Source: Neovahlkampfia damariscottae | Taxonomy: Eukaryota | Reading direction: 5' to 3' | NCBI GenBank assembly: GCA_016618085.1 | Contig: JABLTG010000182.1 | Coordinates: 1 to 36,163, forward strand | DNA length: 36,163 bases | Shown: piece after piece, positions 11,394 to 22,964 of the stretch | Position numbering within the stretch: position 1 is the stretch's first letter | How the letters are laid out: the number at the start of each line of letters is the position of its first letter | The notes under the pieces: generated by a model | What the model was told of the DNA's origin: nothing | Databases searched by the model: none | The model's input: the letters and a program-made list of their open reading frames with translations, nothing else | Made by a program: the position numbers and the translations under genes

Positions 11394-12434
11394 TTAATCA
11401 TTCTCCATTTTTTCTTTAAATTCTTTGACTTTTTTTTGATATTCAACAATTGCATATTCGTCAGGTTCATAACCTTTTTGTTTGATTTCATCCCAAATTG
11501 AATCAGCTTCTTCCTTTGTTTTTGACCAAGAGATTCTTCTACTAAAATTCCATTTTTCAAGTTGATGATCAGTCATCATTGATAGACAATCGAAATTTTC
11601 GCATAAATTTCCATCAACTGCAATTTTATCAAAAAATACCAATCCAGTTGATTTTTCCAAATTCTCTTTTGTTGATTCATAGTCCAGTAAACTTTTATTT
11701 TTTGGAATTGGTTCATTTGGTATTAAGAAATTTCCAAGAAAATTCTTTCCATCTTCAGTTTCAACTAAAATTGATTTAAATAAATAATTTGGAACAGCCA
11801 CTTGATTTTCACCTAAAATTTGATATTTTACATACTTCTTTTCGTTTTCTTCAACATTTGGTAAAAATGCAGGTCCAGAAATCACATTGACTCTTTTAAA
11901 ATTTTTGATCAAATTTTTTCTCACAAAAACTTCAAGGCGATACCAAAAATTTCCATTATTGTTAAATTCTTGTGGTACTATATTTGAATTCAATAAAAAT
12001 GTCTCATTCATCGAATTTTGAGATTTATATTTCATATCACTTGCCGCAATCATATGTCCTCTAGAATAACCAGAATGAAAATAATCTGTATTATTTGCAC
12101 GAAATATTTCTGGTATTTCTTGTGTTTTATTGTTGAAATGAGAAAATTTTCTGTCAGAAACTTCTTCTTCGTCTTTTAATTCAAAGTCATCCTTTGATAC
12201 AGAAAGAAAAACCCAGTTTGGAATTTTTTTTTGATAATTTCTGGAAGACACAAAGTTTTCATATTCTTTTAGATTTTCATCACCTGGTAATCCATATTTT
12301 TCTTCTAATTGTTCTTTAAATGTGAGAACTTTTGAAATTTGTTTTTTTGGTTCTCTTTTGTATTGGTCAACAAAAAATCCACCAAGTCCAACACCAATTG
12401 TAAAAGCTGGAATTATTTTTAACAAGTTTGACAT
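11394..12434 (-). CDS. ENDOG: Mitochondrial endonuclease G / NUC1 / EXOG-like His-Me nuclease
   Basis: YGLPG, KIPNWV, SGYSRGHMIAA (DRGH-like active site), ETFLLNSNIVPQ, WYRLE, VISGP and VAVPNYLFK. Confidence 0.92.
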   Translation of the reverse strand: MSNLLKIIPAFTIGVGLGGFFVDQYKREPKKQISKVLTFKEQLEEKYGLPGDENLKEYENFVSSRNYQKKIPNWVFLSVSKDDFELKDEEEVSDRKFSHFNNKTQEIPEIFRANNTDYFHSGYSRGHMIAASDMKYKSQNSMNETFLLNSNIVPQEFNNNGNFWYRLEVFVRKNLIKNFKRVNVISGPAFLPNVEENEKKYVKYQILGENQVAVPNYLFKSILVETEDGKNFLGNFLIPNEPIPKNKSLLDYESTKENLEKSTGLVFFDKIAVDGNLCENFDCLSMMTDHQLEKWNFSRRISWSKTKEEADSIWDEIKQKGYEPDEYAIVEYQKKVKEFKEKMEND

Positions 12435-12521
12435 CTTTTTGGTGTGAAGAAATTAAGAAGGAAAATAATTGGTTGAAAATTATCCAACCAAAAAACTGTA
12501 TTATTTGGAGCAGATTGTTTC

Positions 12522-13758
12522 ATGTCTTGTGAATATGAAAAGTTGAGAGAAAAAAATATTGAAAGAAACAATGCCATGTTAAAATTTTTAGGACTGGTAA
12601 ACAAAAGAAATTTTCTAAAACAAAAAGAAAAAATCACCAAAAAAAAAAACATCATTGAAAAAAAACTCTGTTTACAGAAAATCTGTTCGACTTACACAAA
12701 AAGAAGAAGATAAAAAAGAAAAAAGAAATCCAAAATTAAAAGAATTTTATGGAAGAAAAAAAAAGAAAAGAAAATTATGTTACGAAGATGAAGAAGAAGA
12801 TGTTTGGACTCATGGAACAAATGACGATGAAAATGATGACCTAGATGGTTTTATTTGCGATGAAATTAGTTTTATCTCAGAAGAAGAAGAAGAAGAAGAA
12901 GAAATATTTGTTGAACAAGCATTTCAAAAAAAAAAAGATTTCAGTTTCATTGATGAGGAGGATGAAGATGAAATTTCGTGTATTCAAACTCCAAAATATT
13001 ATAACAAAGAACATGATAAAGATTTTCAAATCCAAACTCCAGAACATCATGAGTACATTGGAGATCCAACAATTGATTTGACCAATACAGAAAAAACGAT
13101 AATTGAAGAAACATATATTGAAGATTCTGATTTAGATGATGAAAAAAGTCAATTTTCCAAACCGATAATAATGTTTACAGGGATCTCCAATCCAGAGAAA
13201 TATGAAAAACCAATCAGAAAATTAGGCGGTAGAATTGAACATGAAAATATTTCAAAAGTTACTCATATTATCAGTTCTAATATTAAAAGAACTACAAAAT
13301 TTTTATGCGCCATTTCAAATGGTTGTAAATATTTCTTGACAATCGATTGGCTAGAAAATTCAATCAAAAAGAATTACTTTGTTCAAGAATCTTCATATTT
13401 TATTGATGATATTGAAACTGAATCTAAATATGATTTCAATTTGAAAGAATCAATTTTAAATTCTTCAAAAAAAAAAGTTTTTGAAGGAATGAAATTTTTC
13501 TTGACACCAAACTCTTTTCCAGATATTTTTGAATTAAAAAAAATAATAAAATATGGAAGAGGTATTGTAATATTAGATAAAGAAAAAGTGACAAATGAAA
13601 TGATTCATCTACAAATAATCTCTTGTGAACAAGATAAAGACTTTTGTAAAAATGAATTACCATTTCTTCCAAGATTGAATTTTCACACAACTGAATTTAT
13701 TTTTGATTCTGTTTTAAAACAAAATGTGAACTCAAAAAGACATTTATTAAAAATTTAA
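12522..13758 (+). CDS. Tandem BRCT protein (MDC1-like C-terminus) with N-terminal YEKLREKNIERN motif (intron 12597-12627)
   Basis: A 31-nt GT-AG intron joins ORFs 12522 and 12655 in frame. BRCT motifs IMFTG, KLGG, VTHII, RTTKFLCAI, WLENS and FEGMKFFLTP. Confidence 0.85.
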
Positions 13759-14628
13759 GTTTCAATTTTTTCAACAATTTTATCTTCTTCTTCTTCTTCT
13801 TCGTCTTCTTCTTGATATTCTTCTTCATCATCATAAAATTCTTCATCTTCTTCATTGTCATAAATTTGATAATCATCTTCATCTGGATCATAAATGTAAT
13901 CATCTTCTACAAAATCTAAATCAAATTGAGGTGATTGCATTGGTGTTTTTTTTTTCATTGATTGAACAAGTTCTTTTGAAGAAATATAATCTTCAGGTAA
14001 TTCCTTCATTGATTTTTTAACTAATGCCAAACATCTTTCTCGATATTTTTTTCTTTCTTTACGAAATTCAACACCAGCATCCACGTTTGCAGGTGAGCTC
14101 AAATTTGGATCACTTAACATTGATATAACAGATAATAAAATTGTTTCTGGACTTTGAGCTGGTGACCATCTTTCTTCAGGTCTTTCTCCACTCATCTATT
14201 TAAAAAATTAAAAAAAATATTGAATTGAAAATACTGGGTCATTTCCAGCAGGATGAAGAATTGAAATACAAACATTACCATTTTCATAAACATTAGGATG
14301 CCAAAAATCTGAGACAAAAGTCATTTTTGGTGGTTGAAAAGCTGAAGAAATATTAAAACATTGTTTGTGTTACGATAGTCTTCTGGAAACTCCAATTTTG
14401 CTTTGAAAACACCTCCTTCACTAAAATGGTTTAATTTATTTGTATTATATTACTATTCAGTGTCTTCTGGTCCTTCAATATATACATTCCAGTCGTAAAG
14501 ATCACTTTCGTCTGCAAATTCGACTGTATAACCAATTATCGGATTTTTTTTCATGTCTGGATGATTTGAGATCATTTTTTAAAATTACCTTTCATTTGGT
14601 TAGCCAACAATTTTTGTGATGCCATCAT
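13755..14628 (-). CDS. CDC34: Ubiquitin-conjugating enzyme E2, Cdc34/UBE2R-like (about 4 introns)
   Basis: [34 protein letters not shown] includes the Cdc34/Ubc7-type loop insertion; long acidic C-terminal tail. Confidence 0.85.
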
Positions 14629-14816
14629 GAGTTTGTTGCTACGGAAGTGGTTGAGGAAAAGAGTTTATTTTTAGCGAATCAAAACGATTGGTCGGTTATA
14701 TATTTCTTCAAACTTAGAGTTAAAAATCAAGGGTTTAAATCATCAAATTTGGAATCAATTTGTTTTTTTTTTTTTTTTAGTGGAAATTCATTGGACAGTG
14801 AATAATTCCTCAACAA

Positions 14817-16032
14817 ATGAACGAAACACAAAAGGAAGAATTGGATGTGGTGACATACCTCAAAAAAAATGGTGAAGAATCTCTCCAAAAAGAATACTGT
14901 ATTACGATAAAACAACATGAAAAATATCCAGAGTTAATTTCTTTGTCTTATGACCAATTAAAATCAGATTTTAAATCAACAATTGTTCAAGCATGTAGAG
15001 GATTAATTCTGAATAAAAAAAATAACTATGAGATTGTTTCCTTTCCATACTGGAAATTTTTTAATTATTGTGAAGGAAATGCAAGTAAAATTGATTGGGA
15101 TCATTCACCAAGAGTTTATGAAAAAATTGATGGAAGTTTAATGATTATATACTATTACAATAATGAATGGAATGTTTCAACAACTTCTTTACCTGGTAAG
15201 AAAAAAATGATTCTAAAATAATTTCTCAATATAGACGCAAGAGGTTTCATCCATACACCAAAATTACTTCGTGAATCGGAAGATTATAAAAACAAAAAAA
15301 AAGTTTCAATGGCAGAACTGTTTTGGAAAACATTCAAAGAATTGAATTATCAACTACCAAAAGAAACTGATTTTTGTTTCATTTTTGAATTGTTTACCCC
15401 ACAAAACCAAATTATTGTTCAAACAAAAACTCCAAAATTATATTTACATGGTTGTAGAAACTTGAAAACTTACAAAGAAGACTTTCCAGAAAAATATGCA
15501 GAAAAGTACAGTTGGGAATGTGTCAAGCCATTACCTTTGAACTCATTATCCGAAATATTAAAGGCTGCAAAAGATTTAAATCCAATTGAACATGAAGGTT
15601 ACGTGGTTTGTGATAAAAATTTCAACCGAGTGAAGATCAAAGTAAGATAGTATTCAATTGATCATTTAGTCACCTTCTTATGTTGCTCTTCATCAATCTC
15701 AAGGTATTAAGGGAAATCATGAAAATAAAATGATTGAAATTATCAAAAATAATGAATCCGATGAATTCTTAGGCTACTTTCCACATCTAACTGATGTTTA
15801 TCAAAAACAGAAAAGTGTTTATGATGAAATTGTAAAAGATATTGAGAAATCAATCAAGGAAATTGAAGAAAAGAACCCAGAAAATCTATCTAAATATGTT
15901 TTTCAAACATATCCTCGAATTGGTGGAGTGTTAAAAAGGTATTTTGATGAGGAAAAAAAAATTTCAATTCAAAGGCTTTTGAAAGATTTAGACGGCAAAA
16001 AATTAAATTATTTGATGGAAAAATATAAATAA
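14817..16032 (+). CDS. T4 Rnl1-like ATP-dependent RNA ligase (introns 15196-15234, 15642-15669)
   Basis: CRGLIL, PYWKFFNY, motif I EKIDGSL, FIFELFTPQNQII, motif IV EGYVV and spliced motif V RVKIKSPSYV. Confidence 0.85.
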
Positions 16033-16087
16033 GACATTAATTCTTTAAAACTTGTTCAATATTTGTTTGATTGGTCTAATCTAAAAA

Positions 16088-17419
16088 ATGAAAAAAACAG
16101 AGGTTTCAATTGCTGTTATGGGTCATGTTGACTGTGGAAAAAGTTCTATGGTCTCTTCCCTTAAATATGAGTTTTTGAGTGAAATGGCAAAAGAAAGATA
16201 CTCTGAAAATTGGGTGACAATGTTGGTTCCTGAGTGCGACAGTAGAAGAGAATTTTTTCAAGTGGATTACCATAAAGCTTATTTTGATTCATTTTTAGTA
16301 TTTGATTGCCCAGGGCATTCAAATTTTATAAAAAATGGAATCAGAACACTATCACAGGTTGATTGTTGCATCATTGTCACACCTAGCAGTCACATTGACT
16401 CTGAGCATATCACAGAAACGGCAAAGAAATGGATACTATTAGCAAAAATATTTGGTGTCGAAAAGTTGATATTTGTAGTTTCCCAAATGGATAAAGAAAA
16501 ACCCAAAAATCAACAGAAGATATTTGAAGAGTTCGTCAATAAAACTTCAAAATATCTTGACTCTTTGGGATTAAAATGTAAGAATGGTGATTTTGTCCCA
16601 ATATCTTCGTTTAAAAAAGATAATATTTTCAACAAGACAAATTTGATGAGTTGGTACAAAGGAAAACCTCTATTTGATGTTATGAAACAAATTCAACCTT
16701 CAAAAAAATTGAAATCGAAATATTCATTTAGAATGAGTATTGAAAGACGAGAAAGAGTATTTTCATCCAATGGCACAATGATTCTTTTGATTGGGACCAT
16801 ATCGAAAGGTGAAGTAAATATTGATGATGAAATTTTTGTTCTGATTCACAACAAATTGTACAATTTCCAAACACTTGAAATACAAATGAAAGAAAAGCAT
16901 GTTAGTCATGCTTCAGTTGGTGATTGTGTGGGAATTCTTGTCCGACCTAGCAAATCACAAAATTTGATCAAAGAAGATTTTCGAACTGGTTCGATTGCAG
17001 GAGATTTCTCCATCAGAATTTCGAAGAAAATTGTTGCAAGAGTGATAATAGTCGGTGGAATTGAGCAATTTCAAGTTGGGTATGAACCAGTCATGTATAT
17101 TCATACAGCAAAAGCTCCTGTCAAAATAACAAAATTTCTGTCAAAAATTACAAAGAAAAATAATCAATTGAAAGAAGAAAAACTGAACAAAATCAAAAAG
17201 GGGTCCCATTTATTTGTTGAAATGATTCCATTGAAAGAGATCTCAGTTGAAAAATATTCGTTTTGCAAAAAACTCGGGAGATTTGTATTGTTGGATTGCT
17301 TTCGAAAAATCATTGCTTACGGTGTAGTAGAGCAATCTATTGATCATATATTAAAGTATGATGAATATTTGTTGATAGAAAATATCACAGATGTTCGATT
17401 CAATTTTTCAGATGATTAA
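16088..17419 (+). CDS. Divergent EF1A/HBS1/eRF3-family translational GTPase-like protein, intronless
   Basis: G1 GHVDCGKSS, G3 DCPGH, FVPISS, WYKGKPL, domain II GDCVG, domain III GYEPVMYIHTA and LGRFVL. G4 reads SQMD instead of NKMD. Confidence 0.85.
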   Translation: MKKTEVSIAVMGHVDCGKSSMVSSLKYEFLSEMAKERYSENWVTMLVPECDSRREFFQVDYHKAYFDSFLVFDCPGHSNFIKNGIRTLSQVDCCIIVTPSSHIDSEHITETAKKWILLAKIFGVEKLIFVVSQMDKEKPKNQQKIFEEFVNKTSKYLDSLGLKCKNGDFVPISSFKKDNIFNKTNLMSWYKGKPLFDVMKQIQPSKKLKSKYSFRMSIERRERVFSSNGTMILLIGTISKGEVNIDDEIFVLIHNKLYNFQTLEIQMKEKHVSHASVGDCVGILVRPSKSQNLIKEDFRTGSIAGDFSIRISKKIVARVIIVGGIEQFQVGYEPVMYIHTAKAPVKITKFLSKITKKNNQLKEEKLNKIKKGSHLFVEMIPLKEISVEKYSFCKKLGRFVLLDCFRKIIAYGVVEQSIDHILKYDEYLLIENITDVRFNFSDD

Positions 17420-17549
17420 AATATCTTTCGCATTTGGACTTTCCTTTAACATTAATTTATTTCTGGATTTTTGCCAATATGGTGAAAAGTAAATCAAATA
17501 AGATTTCTTTCAATGGAAAAATAAGTCTGGCATTCAATTCAAAAAAAAT

Positions 17550-18522
17550 TTATTTTATACCCAAAAAACCTTTAACTGATTCATATGCATAAAATTGAAT
17601 TGCAGCCCCTGGTATAGCAGCTGAAATGTTTGCAGTGCATCCTTTAAAAAAAGCTTTCATGCCTTCTCTTTTTGTAATGGTAACAATTGCATCAATCATA
17701 CCTTTATAAACAACCTCTTGTCCACCCATGCCGTTGGTCTGCATTCTTCTTCTTAATGTATCTCCTGGATACGTTATAGTTTGGGCGCATACTCCTGCTA
17801 ACGCTCCTGAAGTTAACTTCCAAAAAGTTTGATAACTCTTATCCTCTGGAACTAAATAATGTTGAAATAAATCATAAAATGTCATTTGACATCCAATATA
17901 AGGTGTGCCAGAAAGAGCTGTTGGTAGGATTCCTTTATACAAACCTCTGATACCTATAGTAAATTTTTAACTTTTTATTTTTCTTTACCTTCTGTTTTTA
18001 TTGTTTGTTTGGCACAATCAAACATACCTTTGTATTTCACTGAACCTGCTTGATCTGCTGAAATTGCTAGTCTTGTTCTAATTAACTCTAAAGGATACGT
18101 AATTGCAATTTGAGTTAATCCAGCCAAAGAACCAGCGGTTAAAGTTTGATTGAAAGTTAATTTTGTTGTTTGATTAGGTCTCCGAACTAAATCTTTGAAT
18201 TGGTCATTAAACATAAATCGAAGTGAATACAAGGGTATAACCCTCAAAACATTCACACCATTGGATTTATAAAGTTTAAGAAAACCTTCTTCTTTTATGA
18301 CTGTTGAACCTGTGTGAAATATAGATTTATACTTTTTTGGAGCCTCAGGGTTCACTTTTTAAAAATTAAAATTCAAAACAACACTTTCGAACTTCCTTGG
18401 ATTTGTAAAAGAATTTTAATTCTGTCCAAAGGAGCAATAGCTGTTTTTGTTATTGCTCCAGCTGAAGCACCTGCTGTAAGTTGAAGAAGAGTAGTTTGTA
18501 CTCTTCCTTTCTCTGATGTCAT
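17550..18522 (-). CDS. Mitochondrial carrier family protein (SLC25A42/Leu5-like clade possible)
   Basis: Three carrier signature repeats, APLDRIKI, YPLELIRTR and YPGDTLRRRMQ; two short introns. Confidence 0.9.
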
Positions 18523-18610
18523 TGACCAATCACATTATTTTTAAAAAAGTTTTTTTTTTTGTTATAAATAACTTCCCTTCCTCCAATCATCAAAAAGTTG
18601 AGTCAAAAAA

Positions 18611-21376
18611 ATGGAAAACTACCTCAAAGACATAAAAATACCAACATCAACTGATGATGTTCATAAAGAAGAATGTCTTTTATGTTTTGATAACACAGTA
18701 CAAAACACGAATTTTCTTCTCATTTTTTTTATTGTAGAAATCAGCAGGAGGTTTAAATGTTTGTTTAAATTCTTTTCAAGGATATTGCGAAAAACATATT
18801 GTTGATTATTCAAAAAAGACCGGAAGAGTGTTATTTTTGAATATCAAAGAAATCATTAAAGAAAAAGTGCGCACTAAAAAAAAATTAAAAAAATTAGTCA
18901 AAAGAAAAAGAAGAAATAAAACCGACAACCAAAGAGGATGGTACAATTGAAATTGATATTGAAGAGAAATATGATACGTTATTCACTTTTATAGCTTTGG
19001 ATCCTATTTCTCAAGTTACACCTTTACCTTCAAATGATGTTCCTGTTATGGTTACACTTTCATGTGAAGCAATTAAAACTTCAGTTAGTGCAAATATGAA
19101 ACAAGATAAATTTTCTTGGAAAGGACCTGAATTGAAACCATCAGAAGTAAAAGAAAGTACTTTTAAATTTTTGAAAATAGCATGCTGAGAATTTAGTTCA
19201 AATTAATGCTGGTTTGGTCATACCTCCAAGTGGATGGTCATGTGGTGGAAAAGATTGTGAAATCAAAGATAATTTATGGTTATGTTTAACTTGTGGAGAA
19301 ATTGGTTGTGGAAGAAGAAATTGGGATGGTTCTGGTGGTAATAATCATGGTGTTGAACATTATGAACAAACAGCTCATCCTTTAGTTGTAAAATTAGGAA
19401 CTATTACAGCAAAAGGAGATGCAGGTAACAAAAAACAATATTCAACTAAAAATGATAGATGTTTTTTCTCACATTGAATTAGATATGGTTCTAGATGTTC
19501 ATCTTGAAAAACATTTGAAACATTTTGGATTGGACATGAAAGAGTTGAAAAAAGTTTAAAAAAAAATAGTTTAATTTTTTTAGAGTGCTAAATCAATGAC
19601 AGAATTAGAAATTGATCAAAGCATGAAATTTGAATCAATGAGAATTGAACACACAGGAGAATCTGATGTACCACTTTTTGGCTCTGGTTATACAGGTTTT
19701 AGAAATTTAGGAAACACATGTTATTTGGCTTCTGTTATGCAATGTTTATCAAGAGTACCACAATTTAAGAAAAGATATTTAAATCAAGAAATTGATTACT
19801 TTAACAAATCAAAAGAAAAAGATCCAAGTCAAGATTTAGATGTTCAATTGTAAGTAATTTTGGTTATTAAAAAAATAAAAGAGCTAAATTATTTACTGGC
19901 TTATTTGATGGAAAATACTCACAAAAAGAAATGAATAATCCAGGAATTATGCCAAAAATGTTTAAACATTTAATAGGACAAGGACATTCAGAATTTTCAA
20001 CTGGAAATCAACAAGATGCTTTGGAGTATTTTCAACATCTTATCACACAATTAGAAAGAAATTCAAAAAAAACAAACGAAGAAGATTTAACAACAATTTT
20101 CAAATTTGAAACTGAAGAAAGAATTGAATGTCTTTCAACATCAAAAGTAAAATATACTAAAGTTTCAGATTTCATTTTTCCACTTCAAATTCCTTTGGAA
20201 AAAGCTTCAAACAAAGAAGAATATGAAAAATATAAAAAAAAATATAAAACAGAAGAAGAAGAATTCAATAAGAATGAAGATAAAAAATTCAATGAAGCAA
20301 AAGAAAAAAATGAGTAAATGAAAATTAACAACTTATCCATTTTTTCTTAGAAATTATACAAAAAAAGTATTTAAATCATCAGATGATATTGTACAACCAA
20401 TTGTCAATATAAATGATTGCATAGAATGCTATTTACAACCAGAAATTTTGGATTCATTTTATAGCACTGCAATAAAATCAAAAACAAAAGCTAAAAAGTT
20501 AACAATCTATTTTTTTTAACATTTATTTTCAGAACAAATAGATTTTCAACTTTTCCTGATTACTTAATCATTTCAGTGAATAGATACATATTTGAAGGCA
20601 CAGAAGTGAAAAAATTAAACGCTTCTATTGAGAAAACTGAAGAAATTGACCTTGCAAAACTTAGAGGATATGGTCTCCAAGAAAATGAAGAATTACTACC
20701 TGAAGAAAAAGAAGAAGAGAAATTACCAGAAAGTAAAAAAAAATCAATCAAATTTAACATGTATTAGTCAATCAAACTTTTGTTGCTGCTTTAATGGATA
20801 TGTCATTTCCAAAAAATAGAGCTGAAAAAGCTGTTCATATGACTGGAAATTCAAATGTAGAAGCTGCTTTAGAATGGATTTTTGCACATAATTCAGATCC
20901 AGATATTGATGATCCAATTGTCAAAAAAAAAAAATTATTTGTTTCAACTGCTTCTGAGGATGATATTTCAAATTTAACATCAATGGGATTTTCAAGAGAA
21001 CATTCAATGCTTGCATTGTCAAAAACTAATAATCAAGCAGACAGAGCAGTTGAATGGATTTTTAGTCATTCTGATGACTTAGATGTATTGTTGGCTCAAG
21101 AAAATTCAAATGAAGAAAAAATTGAACCAAAAACAAATCAACCAAAATATGTCGATGGAAAAGAACGTAAAAAAGATTAATTTCAATTTCTCATTTTTTT
21201 TAGAGTATGAATTATTTGGAGTTATTTCACACATTGGAAATCACACTGGAATGGGTCATTATGTTGCATTTTTGAAAGTTGAAGGAAAATGGGTTAAATT
21301 TAATGACTCAGTTGTTGAAAGTTGTGAGAAACCTCCTCTTGATTTGGGTTATGTTTATTTTTATCAAAGAAAATAA
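18611..21376 (+). CDS. USP5: Ubiquitin-specific protease 5 / Ubp14 (isopeptidase T), many short introns
   Basis: KEECLLCFD, zf-UBP NLWLCLTCGEIGCGRRNWDGSGGNNH, Cys box GFRNLGNTCY, QQDALEY, two UBA domains and His box HIGNHTGMGHY. Confidence 0.95.
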
Positions 21377-21413
21377 AAGTTCTCTTTTATCCAATCATCT
21401 CATTCCAATAATT

Positions 21414-22931
21414 ATGTGGAGTGAAGAAAACAAAGCATTTGAAGATGAAGATTTTTCAGAGAAGGTAGAAGGAGGTCTTGCAAGAAAACCACCACCAAAA
21501 CCAACAAAAACCTGGTTTCAAAACTTGAATATTTATTTTTCACTTTTTATATGGTTCATGGGATACAGTTTTTCAACAGGTCATAAATCAGTTGTAATTC
21601 CTGCACAAGTTAAATTATTAGTACCACCAGAATCAAAAGAATTTTACAATGGAATCATTACACTTCCCAGGTATACACTTCTTTTGTGTTAAAAAAAAAA
21701 AAAATAGTACCATTAGTGCTGGTTTATTTACTCCATTGGCAGGCGCTATATCAGATTCATTATCAACTGGAATTGGTAAAAGACATCCTGTTATGATGTT
21801 TGGAAGTGTTCTGACTGCGTTAATTAGTATTATTTCTGCATTTTTTATTTTTCCTTTCAAAACTGGTGGATTAACAGCATATATTTTATTTACAGTATGT
21901 GTAATGATTCTAGAAGCAGGTTTTGCAATTTCACTAGGTGGTTATTCCGGTTTGGGTTCAGAAATTTGTCGAGAAAAATTAGGTGTTTTAGCAGCTTTAA
22001 TGAGTCTTGGAAGATCATTGGGTACTTTTGCTAGTTTAATACTATACGGATTCATACTTCAGTTTGTTCCTTATCCTTTAGATTTTATACTTTCATATGG
22101 TGTTACATCCGTTTATTTAATTTTTAGTATGTGGCATATTTACACATTCGTCCCTGAAAAACCATATCCAAAATCGAAGAAATTTGTATTGAAACAGTTT
22201 ATTACTTCCTTTTGGATACCATTTTGGAATCCAAAATATCGAAATTTTTGTTTCGTTTTTGTTAGCAGATTGGTAAATTTTACAGTTTATTAAACATTCA
22301 TTAGTTTTTTGAAGGTGGAATCTCTGCTGTCCTAAGTTTTATAGAATATTTTATTGATGATGTTTATCAGAACACATACTCGAAATTACTTTCATCATTA
22401 GCATTAGCATTGTTATTGTTATGTGGAACAATAATTGGACCAGTTTCAGCTGTTCTATCCGATAAATATGGAAGACGATGGTTTGTGATTATTGCAAGCA
22501 CAATTACTAGTTTCACAATGTTTTTAGTTGTTCTCTTAACTCTATTCAAACTTCCTTTATTTGTTTTTTTTATACTAGCAGCAATACTCGGTTTTGGAGT
22601 CGGAGTTTATCTTTCATTGGATTGGGCACTTGCAGTTGAATGTTGCCCAGATGAAGATGATACTGCGAAAGATTTAGGAATTTGGTGTTTAAGTAGTTCA
22701 ATGGCTCAATTAATTGCTCCATTCATTACAGGAGTTATTTTGAATGAATCAAAAAAATATTTTAGAATCGAAATCTGTTGGTCATTGGTTTTTGGAACAT
22801 CAGCTACTTACTTCCTTCTCAGTGGATTTTTCATTTTATTCATCAATATCAAATCAAAATCAAAAGAAGAAGTAGAATTTATTGAAACTGAAGAATTACA
22901 TTCAGAAGAAGAATCAGAAGCGGAATATTAA
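21414..22931 (+). CDS. MFS transporter (two short introns)
   Basis: About 12 hydrophobic helices; GAISD...GKRHP, LSDKYGRR and AKDLGIW. Confidence 0.88.
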
Positions 22932-22964
22932 ACCAATCATTTTGATTTACAAAAGAAGGAATTT

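Noticed and set aside
12631..12668. Apparent frameshift in poly-A runs of the BRCT gene
   Set aside because: Fully explained by the 31-nt intron 12597-12627.
12886..13860. GAA/TTC trinucleotide runs (also 24780-24900)
   Set aside because: They encode acidic low-complexity protein tracts, not independent repeats or CRISPR-like arrays.
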